A DNA stretch of 64,000 nucleotides from Eledone cirrhosa. Taxonomy: Eukaryota. A program made the position numbers and the translations under genes. Of this stretch, positions 54,490 through 64,000 are shown piece by piece (the stretch's first letter is position 1; each line of letters starts with the position of its first letter). Where the stretch lies: positions 143,592,001-143,656,000 of the forward strand of contig OZ024740.1 of NCBI GenBank assembly GCA_964016885.1. The letters are read 5' to 3'. Under the pieces are notes generated by a model. The model saw only the letters and a list, made by a program, of their open reading frames with translations, searched no databases and was not told the DNA's origin.

Positions 54490-57136
54490 TTGACAATGTC
54501 AAAGGTAAAGATAAATTCACCTCCTGTTGTCGGGCGAGAATGCAAGAACTCCTCTTTATTTCAGGCACGGATGGCCAAAATAATCCCATCTCCCACACCC
54601 CTTCCTGTGCCTCCAACCTATCCCTTCCACCCACCCAACGAAATCCAAAACTTCAGAGTTGGTACCATGAATGTAGGCACTTTGAAAGTTTGCTCTAACG
54701 AGGTTGTAGAGATGCTTGAACGTAAGGAAGTTGATGTTTGTTGTGTTCAAGGACTAGATTCATTGTGGGTAAAAAACGATGCTATAAACTTTTCTGGGTG
54801 GGGTGGGGTGGTGTAGGAATTATGTTAGCAGAAAAATGGGTAGATAAGGTAATTGCCGTAAATAGAGTGAACGACAGAATAATTAAAATAAGACTAGTTC
54901 TAAATAGAAGTACTGTGACAATAATATCTGCTTATGCATCCCAATCTGGCCTACCTGACGTTATAAAAGACAGATTCTATGAGTCGCTAATGCTCACTAC
55001 CTCCCAAATAACCGACAGTGACTACATAATTATTGCTGGTGACCTAAATGGTCATGTTGGACAACATTGTGACGGTTATGACGGGATCCATGGAGGCTAT
55101 GGGTTTGGTACTAGAAATGAGGACGGCTTCAGAATCCTGGAATTCTGTGACGCTAATAACCTAACTATCTGTAACACAAACTTCAAAAAATGAGACAATC
55201 ACTTGATCACTTATAGATCAGGGGAACACACCAGTCAGATAGATTATATCCTTACTAGAAGACGTGACAGAGTGTCTGTTGTAAATACTAAATCCCTCCC
55301 CCGTGAAGAATGCACCTCCCAAGTGCACCGCCTCATAGTTAGCAACCTCATACCCAAGACTAGACATACTCGACAACAGAGGAGAAGAATATGGAAGTTG
55401 AAGGACCCCACAGCCTGTAACAAATTTAAAAGTATATTACTTGATGCTTTTGACAGTAAGAAAGAGCAATTAGAGACGTACAGCATCTGGAATGGTGGGA
55501 CACACTATGGTCACCTGGATAGTAAACCAAGTAATACAGAATGGAATCATACCAAATGACTGGCGTAGCAGCATCATCATTAACTGCTACAAGGGTAAAG
55601 GAGATGCTCTAGATAGGGGAAATTATAGAGGCATTAAGTTAGTTGACCAGGTCATGAAGGTCACAGAAAGAGTTATAGTGCAACTAATCACAGAGCGAAT
55701 TGATCTAGATGAAATGCAGTTTGGGTTTGTGTCAGGTAAAAGTACCACATACTCTTTTCCTTGTATGGCAACTACAGGAGAAGTACCTAGATAAAAGTAA
55801 ACCCCTCTATTTAGCTTTTATTGACTTGGAGAAAGCCTTTGACAGAGTCTCCCCACCCCCCTCCATTATCTGGTGGACTCTTAGAAAACTTGGTGTAGAT
55901 GAATGGCTTGTGATAGCTATACAAGCCATGTATAGAGGAACAGTCAGCAACGTTAGAATTAACAATAAATATAGTGAAGAATTTAGCATCAAAGTTGGTG
56001 TTCATCAAGGCTCTGTCTTTAGCCCCCTCTTATTTATTATTGCCCTTCAAGCTATAACAGAGGAGTTCAAGACCGGCTGCCCGTGGGAACTTCTATACGC
56101 AGATGATCTAACTCTCATAGCTGAATCGATGGCTGAACTAGAGAAGAAATTCCAAACATGGAAGCATGGCCTAGAATCAAAAGGCCTTAAAGTTAACTTG
56201 TCTAAGACTAAAGTTCTAGTATGTAGAAAGGAAAATAGGGCACAGGTGCCCTCTGGGAAATGGCCATGCTCAGTGTGTAGGAAAGGAGAAGGCAGAAATT
56301 TCAAATGTCCCAAATGCAAACTATGGGTACATAAAAGATGTAGTGGGATCACAGGTAAACTATCTAAGAAGGTAGATTTTATATGTGGTCGATGCTCAGG
56401 TTCAATAAGTAGCAAGTGCCCACAGGATACTAGCTCCTTCTATTGCCCAGATGGTTCTATAGAAATTGTGGACACTTTCCGTTGCCTGGGTGACAAAATC
56501 AGCAGTGGTGGAGGGTGCTCTGAAAGTACAGTAGCCAGAGTCAGAACGGGATGGAAAAAGTTCAGAGAGCTTATACCATTATTGGCCACTAAAGGTTTCT
56601 CTCTAAAAATGAAAGGTAGATTGTAAGATGCCTGTATACAAACAGCAATGTCTAATAGTAATATACGCGAATGGCAAAAGATAAATGAACTGGACCGAGA
56701 TCTTTGTGCATAGTGAAACCTTCAGTCAGTAGGCACCGCTTAACCAACACCTTGCCTATGTGCATAGTGAAACCTACAGTCAGTAGGCACCGCTTAACCA
56801 AATATACACCCCATCCTACTACCCCCGACTCCACCCTCCCACTCCTGCCAACACTACCCTTTCTCTGTAAAGTTATGTTGGTACCACAACATCCACTCCA
56901 AAATAAATGAGGTTGTGTAGGTGTCATGATAAAAAAACACAGTCCACGCTGTAATGTGGCCGTGTAGGTAACACAGTAAAAAACTCCCAGTCCACACTGT
57001 AAATGTGGTTGGTGTTAGGAAGGGCATCCAGCCGTAGCAAACCTGCCAGCCAGTCCTATACGAGCAAGACATGGTCACCCGACCGTCTAAACCCATGCTA
57101 GCGTGGAAGATAGACGTTAAACAATGATGATGATGA
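54490..57136 (+). mobile_element. RTE LINE with two internal deletions
   Basis: APE 54738-55480, RT 55709-56626 (DLEKAFD, GVHQGS, YADD, CxxC...HKRC finger), 3' UTR with (tga)n. High identity to 37720-38740. Confidence 0.92.
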
Positions 57137-57530
57137 CATTTCTTGTATTCAAAGACAAACAGAAGAGTAAAGACTTCTGGTTATGAACATCAGAAAGAGT
57201 AAAGAACTTGGAGAAATTAATGGATGTTCATTGATTTCATCTGTCCAGTAAAATCGACTGCAATAATATACAAACTGTGTAAAATATAAACTTCAGGTAT
57301 CAACATTTACATATGACTCATTTTTATTTGAGTATTGACAATAAATCATCATCATCATTTAATGTCTATTTTCCATGCTAACATGGGTTAGACGAGTTGT
57401 CCCATTTGAAGCAAGTCAGGTAAGATGTTACAGTGTTTCTCTCATTGATAATTCGACAATCACAAAAATAATGTTTAAAAAAATCTTGTATTTTGAACTA
57501 AAATATTTTGCTTTTTCATTTTTTCAGATA

Positions 57531-57570
57531 ATGAAGATTTTACCACTACTCTATTTGCTGGCAATGACTT
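57531..57570 (+). CDS. Ig-domain protein copy B, coding exon 1 (ATG and signal peptide MKILPLLYLLAMT)
   Basis: Strong acceptor ctttttcattttttcag at 57527, ATG at 57531, hydrophobic core, T|gtaagt donor, phase 1. Confidence 0.8.
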
Positions 57571-57762
57571 GTAAGTGATTTATCACCATCACCATCAACA
57601 TCATCATCACCGTTTTACATCTGCTTTTCTATGCTTGCATGGGTTGGAAGTGTCTTTTCTAGCACAACCTCCTTCTACTCATTGTGGTACTTCGTCATCT
57701 CTGGTACCTTCAGCAATTTCAGATGAGCACTCAAAACCTCTGCCCTGATCTGCCTTGGACGC

Positions 57763-58915
57763 TTAATGCAGCTTTCTTCCACTGGCATTTGTGCATCCAA
57801 ACGGAAGACGGGTAAATTCGTATATTCGGCCACAGGCTTCGAATGCAGTCAACTTAAAGTCGGAAGATTTGATGGGTATTTGGTGATAAGCTGCCTTTAG
57901 ATCTATTTTCGAGAAATATTTGTGTTTTGAAATTTTGTTGAGTAGGTCTTCGATTATGGCATTAGTGGTGTGTAACGATTTATAGTGCCTGAGTAGTCTA
58001 TGACAAGCCTTTTTTTGTTTTCTTGATCTATTACGAAACACTGCGCTCTCCATGGGCTTCTGCTCTGTTGAATTATTCCAGCTTTAAGCATTCTGTCGAT
58101 TTCCGTTTTAATGAATTGCTGATCTTTATTGTATTTTCGAGGAGGTATAGATAATGGTTTTAATTTTGTAGTATCGATTCCAGGCATTAAATCATATTCT
58201 TCACAATTCAGAGTTTGCATTGACATACATGTCGTGACTGCTCTCATGTCCCCTGCATATTTTATTGTTAAAGACTTATGCCTTTTAAGTATATCAAGAG
58301 CCATAACTACTGGAGCAAAGAGTTTGTCAACCACCATTAGATCGATGTGGTATTCTCGGCCCTCCCATTCTAATGTTGTTTCAAATGTACCTCGTATTAT
58401 GAGTTTACTGTTGTCGGCTAAAATTACACTCTTATTCTTAGTTTTCTTGAATTTACTTTGCCATTTCGACAAGTGGTTCATGTCAATGAAAGACTTGCCT
58501 GTGTCAAGTAAACCTTCTGTTTTATGTGAATTGACATAAATTGTTAAAAAGTTTGTATTATGATTCACGGAAGCAAGTTTATAGCAGGCAGCAATATTAC
58601 TGCCATCATTGGAGCCCTCGTTATTATTCAAGACTGCTGCGTGTTTTATCTTCTTTAGTACCTTCTTATTTTTAACAAAACATACTGTTGCCCAGTGGCC
58701 TTTCTTGTGGCAGAAATTGCAAGTTGAATTTTTTGCAGGGCACTCTGATTTTTGGTGATATGTACTACCACACCAGAAACATTTTAATGAAGAAGCAGCG
58801 AATACGGGTTGTGACGGCGGTTGTATTGTTGTTGTTGACAGATTTTGTGCGTCTTCTATTGCCAGTTCTAATGTGAGAGCGGTTTGGAATGTTTTATCTA
58901 GATTTTTGAAACTTC
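57763..58915 (-). mobile_element. Ty3/Gypsy gag-protease-RT fragment inside intron 1 of the Ig gene
   Basis: LLDTG protease, SPWRAQ, RLVIDY, FSKIDLKAAYHQIPI, EFTRLPFG. No LTRs seen. Confidence 0.9.
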
Positions 58916-59309
58916 TACCTGTATCTTGAATACATCACTAAACTCATTACCTGCTCTCATTTTACTGACAGCACCTTTGTACATAGCTTGCATGGCTCTC
59001 ATAACCCACTCATCTACACCCAGCTTCCTTAAGGACCACCAGATAACAGATCAATGTATAATTCTCTCTACAAGTATTAAATGTGTTATTATTCTAACAA
59101 AAGTAGAAATCCAGTTTTTCTTATCTGTAATTCAGCAACAAGCCTTTTAAGACCATTTTCCTTGCTATATTAAGGGTTATCCCTTCATGGCATCCTTTTT
59201 GAGGCAATATTTTACAGCCACATTCCCTTCCTGTTGAAACCTCTTTTAGTCACCTCTTACAACACACATGGTTATGTAAAATCTGAAAATATATTTTCAT
59301 CTTTTATAG

Positions 59310-59351
59310 ATATATCAATGGTCAATGCAGAGCTTAACATTGAAGCAAATG
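59310..59351 (+). CDS. Ig-domain protein copy B, exon 2 (YISMVNAELNIEANG)
   Basis: Duplicate of 702-743 with one K>E change. Confidence 0.75.
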
Positions 59352-60731
59352 GTAATTGTATTATAAAAATCTTTGATTTTAAAACCAGATGCTATCTTTT
59401 CTACTCTGCTTTCTGCTTCTTTCTCATAGTTAATAATCTTTAGTCACTAAATATATTTCCTCCTTTGAATGGGCAAAATTTCATCTTCAGAGCCCAAAAG
59501 ACAATAATGATTATAAATATGATTGTGATTATAATATTGATTGTAGTAATACAAACTGTTATCTTAAAATATCAATTTGACAAAACTGTAGAAAGTAACT
59601 AAAGACTATTTAGTAAAAACAAATGTATATATATATATATCAGCAGCAGCAGCAGCACTTAACATCTATTTTCCCTACTTTTGAGGATTGAATAGGTCAT
59701 TATAGAATAAGTCAGTACTTAATTGAAGCCAATAGCCTCTCAACAAGTCAGGTATCACATCTCACTTACATACATTCCTGAAATGTACATGTTGTAACAG
59801 ATGCATTTTATCATGGCACCAGCTCTAGAGGGGTTTTTGTACCCTTGATAAAACTGAAGAGGCTTCACAACTCTTTGTTGGCCCAGTTTTCTATGACTGA
59901 ATACCCTTCCTATCACCAACCACCTTATAGAATGTACTGGCTGGTTTTCTCATGTTGCCAACACTAGAGAGGTTATCATGCCCTTAACACAACTGAAGCG
60001 TCCTCTTGACCCTTTTTTGGTGTGGTTTTTCCAGCTGGACACCTCTCCTATCACTAACCACCTTACAAAGTGTACTGACTGCATCTTTTGTGGCACCAGC
60101 ACTAGGGCAGTAGTCACGGTGTAGTCCTACAGATGGAAGCTCTTCCTAACACTAACCACTTTGATGGGGGAGGTAAGAAGGATGATGTATATATGTGCAC
60201 ACACATACATATTACATATATGAATACATATTCAGAATTCTGTACATTTTGGGAGACACTTGTGATCTGTACATAAGTTGGTATAACATGTGAGTAATGT
60301 AGCATGTCATCAGGGTCATGGTCCTTGAAAGACTTTCAGTTGTCTCCAATGGTAACATGACGCAAGATGATTAAAACTTAAGGATCTGCTGCAATATCTT
60401 CCGTCTTCTTCGTCATTATGTGAGTTAATTTAACACCTGCTTTATCACTATTGAAGATTGAAGACAATGAAACGCATTTAGTCTGAATCCTCACCCTCAA
60501 CTTTGCAATCTTTAAAGACCCTACTAGGAGGACAAACCTTCTGATGACATCACTGTCAAGGTCTGATGAACATGCAAGCTTCTCCACCACATCATAGTAG
60601 ATCTCTCATTCAATTTCTCATTAGTTCTGATAATCTTTATTATATATTTTTACTTTTAATTTCCATTATAAATATATCAAAGCTGATAAAAACTTAAACT
60701 TAAATCAATAAATTTAATATATCTATTTCAG

Positions 60732-60980
60732 GAACAATTTGGTTAGGGGAAGAAATAACTCTTAAAACTCCAATCAGCGCTAATACTGCGGCTATTACAT
60801 GGAAAAGTGAAGGAAAGAATATTGCATGTGACAAAAGTTGCGGTGGGAATGAAGACTACAAAATTACTAGGGGAAATGGTTTATCTACCCTTTGGATAAG
60901 AAATGTTTCTTGGCATTATCGTACATGGACAGTTATTGAAAATGATTTGGAAACTAATGACTTCACTATGGATATAAATG
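60732..60980 (+). CDS. Ig-domain protein copy B, exon 3 (V-like Ig domain)
   Basis: Duplicate of 2128-2376, open, splice sites intact, 5 amino-acid differences. Confidence 0.85.
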
Positions 60981-63178
60981 GTAAGGAAATAATTTCTGAT
61001 GATAATAATCATGGAGCAAGTATTTTATGGTGTTAAATCAAAGTCAACATTTGTATTTTAATGATTTATTTTCTATCTTGAATTGTAATATTTCTGTAAT
61101 ATATAATAATGTGGGATAGTTAACTAAATGAACTGGTTAGATTAACCCCTATGTCCTTGTTCTAATATCTTGACCACATTTCCAATAATTAGGTGTCTAT
61201 ATTACCACTTAATTGTTATATGGTTGACAATCTTTCGGTATCTTCTAATATCTTAATCACATTCCCAGTGGTCACTTATCTAATGTTATATAACCCCTAT
61301 AAAATAAGCTAATTTGTCAGACTGCCATATTTGTGTTAAAAATGTTTGTTTTTTGAAATTCAGATGTTATGTTGATTTTATTTTTTTTTTTTTTTTATAT
61401 AGAATTTTAAATAATAACATTCTTATTCCTTTTCTATCTCTAAGAATGATTCCACATTCCTTAGTACAGATGTATTGGAAGGTTTTATCTCTGAATGGTT
61501 TAGAAATCATATAAACACAAATTTAGCAGTATGTCTTATTTTATATAGTTTTCACAGAATTTTTAATCTCATAACTTGTTTGGTTTTAATATTGCAGTGA
61601 ACTTTGTATATTTTCTGTTAGCCATGTGATGTTATAGACTATTTCCAACTCTCCTTATTTTCTGATAACTTTTTCTTGGAGTTGAAAACTGTGAAAACAA
61701 CCACACATTAAGAAGACCCGCTTAACATTTGCAGAGATAGGAGAAATCAATCTAAATATACCTACAGACTAACAAAGAACAGTCTGTCTGAGGAACAATT
61801 TGTCCTCTATATATGATTATATACACTTACAGACTGATGAGGATTCTTTGTTACTAAAATATACATAAAACAACTTTATACTGATATTATTCTTGTTTTT
61901 TTTCTTTCCTTTTTTCAATTCTTGAAATGACAAAGAAATTGGTCTTATTTTTCATTGATCAGAACCTTTTTCCAAATTCTCACTGCAAACAAATCTATTG
62001 TAACCAAATCTTGACAATACAGTGTGGGAATAAAGAATCTGTAAATTAAAAAAATAGCTTGTGGTAGCAATAATAATAAAGGCTTACCTTGCTTCCAGAA
62101 TTCACTTAGAGGAATTTTTAATAGCAGCTCTTTCATGCTAAACAGCTTAAAACACCACACTTTTCTGTGAGTCTCACACTCACATACACACGCAACCATA
62201 CTTTGAAAAAAATTCTATGTTGAAAGAGGATTGGAGTTCTGTTCCTTCACTAACCTGGCACTATTTCCCTCTCATACTTCTGGCTCTTAACCCACAATAC
62301 TACATACATTTTAAAAGACGGTATCATAGAAGCAACTAATTCATTATCGCTGGCAGGGCCTATGAGAGGGGGTCCAACTAGTACTTTGTTCCGGGGGCCC
62401 AAGACCTAAGAAGGCCCCACAGCAACCATGCAACATCCATTTTGAGAATTTGCCTGCTTCAGAGCAAAATTTCTCCTGGAAGCCCTGATCGCAGGCACAG
62501 TTTTTTCTTTGGCAATTTCAGTATTGAAAAGTCTTCTAGTAGATGTTTCTCAAATGAGATGGAGGTGGGTGCAAATATTCTAAAATGCTGCTATTCGCAC
62601 CAGAAATCAACATTCTCTGTTAACTGTTCTCTCTCATTTTCTGCATCATCATCATTGAACAGCCATTCTCCCTGGTAGCAAGTGTTGGACAGGTTATTAC
62701 AGAATGAGTCAGTGCTCAAGTAGAGCTACTGACCTCTCAGATGGGTCAGAGGCCCACATCGTGCTTACATATATTTCCATACTCTATAGAGTGCACTTTA
62801 TTGTGGCGCCAACATTAGAAAGGTTGTCATGACTTTGACACTGCTGAAGAAGCCTCTCAACCCTTTATTTGACCAGTTTTCTATGACTGAATACCTTTCC
62901 TATCACCAACCACCTTGCAAAATGTACTGAGTTTGTTTAATTAAGTCACCAACACTAGAGAGGTTGTACCTTTGACGTAACGGAAGAATTCTTTTGACTC
63001 TTTTTAACACGGTTTCTATGACAGGATTCTCTTCCTATTGCCAACCAAGTCACAGGTTGTACTGGGCGCATTTTTTGTAGCACCAACATTAAGGAGGTTA
63101 TTGGTAATTGAGTTAACTGAAGATCCCTCTCTACTCTATGGGAGGGGATGTTAAAAAGGATGGTAAGTATAATGCATG

Positions 63179-63209
<31 letters not shown>

Positions 63210-63246
63210 TTGTATGTATAATATGTACACATGATATATTTTGCAG

Positions 63247-63344
63247 TGAAGCCAACGATTCATTTTGAAATCAAACCAAATTGTGACTACAAAATAAAAA
63301 CGACTTGTTCTAAACCCAAGGCAGATATAAAATGTCTCTACGGT
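63247..63344 (+). CDS. Ig-domain protein copy B, exon 4
   Basis: Duplicate of 4650-4747: VKPTIHFEIKPNCDYKIKTTCSKPKADIKCLYG, 4 amino-acid differences. Confidence 0.85.
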
Positions 63345-64000
63345 GTAAGTAAATGGAATTGGGTTTTTACCTGTTTCTCTTCCTATCATTAACCTATTCA
63401 ATTATGTGCTAGGGAGTGGATTGCTTAATTTTATTTAAGGTAACTGGAGTGAGTAGGGTGTATCTTGCTTAGAGACACAACACAATTACTCTAGTACAGT
63501 ATTTGTAATTCTAAGTCGGGACATATCAGTTCAAAATGAGATTAACAAAAAAAGATTTGACTATGGTATTTTAAGAAATGAACTGAGCATCAAATAACAT
63601 TGTGACATTTACAATGTGGAACTTGCTTGATTAAAAGTTTTTTATCAGTCCAGTAATGAAGCAAAAGAATCATCATCCATCATATGTAATATTTTCCAGT
63701 ATTTTCATGTGTAAGTACAACAGTGGCACTGATCCATGATCATAACAATCTATGAGCTGACTGAGAGCAATGTTAGACACTTTTGTCTATGTTGATCAAT
63801 GTTCACTTGATGCCTAAAAAAACACATTTTTGAAGCTGTGCACTCCATCAGATTTTAAAAATGGAATAATTCCATAGAAAATGAGATTTACAATTGTGAT
63901 TCATAAAGAGCGGGTTTTCCATTTTGTTTACAATATCATATAAGACATGGGAGGACTTTCGGGTTAAGTTAGAACCTGACATTTGATCAGTAAATGAAAT

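Larger units (their letters stand above)
58609..64000. repeat. Segmental duplication copy B (matches 1-5403)
   Basis: Direct, collinear ~99% match to the window start, running to the window end. Confidence 0.98.

Noticed and set aside
59310-63344. A>G excess in copy B exons as hard-wired RNA-editing sites
   Set aside because: Only 4 of 11 changes, transitions are common anyway, and direction cannot be polarised without an outgroup.

Overview
AT-rich, intron-containing eukaryotic DNA dense in transposon remnants. The SINE/RTE-LINE families and the [17 protein letters not shown]-type zinc fingers suggest an octopus or other cephalopod genome (inference). Bases 1-5403 recur at about 99% identity at 58609-64000, so the window spans one ~58.6-kb unit of a tandem duplication, or two haplotypes assembled in series. 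Each unit carries a spliced + strand gene that the ORF track misses. Six phase-compatible coding exons give a ~254-aa protein: signal peptide, V-like Ig domain without the canonical disulfide, Cys-rich second Ig-like domain, Ser/Thr stalk and a probable GPI-anchor signal (CD2/CD48-like layout). In the three exons present in both copies, all 11 substitutions fall in codons that change amino acid (10 replacements), and three N-glycosylation sequons differ. The introns are several-fold more conserved. This is the pattern expected of a diversifying immune or allorecognition surface-protein array. The rest of the window holds two C2H2 zinc-finger pseudogenes, RTE/CR1/CRE/Penelope/Gypsy/mariner/hAT/Helitron fragments, two tRNA-derived SINE families, hammerhead ribozyme motifs, a 50-bp satellite with higher-order structure, and several long inverted repeats. 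All exon models and family assignments were read by eye; TE boundaries are approximate.
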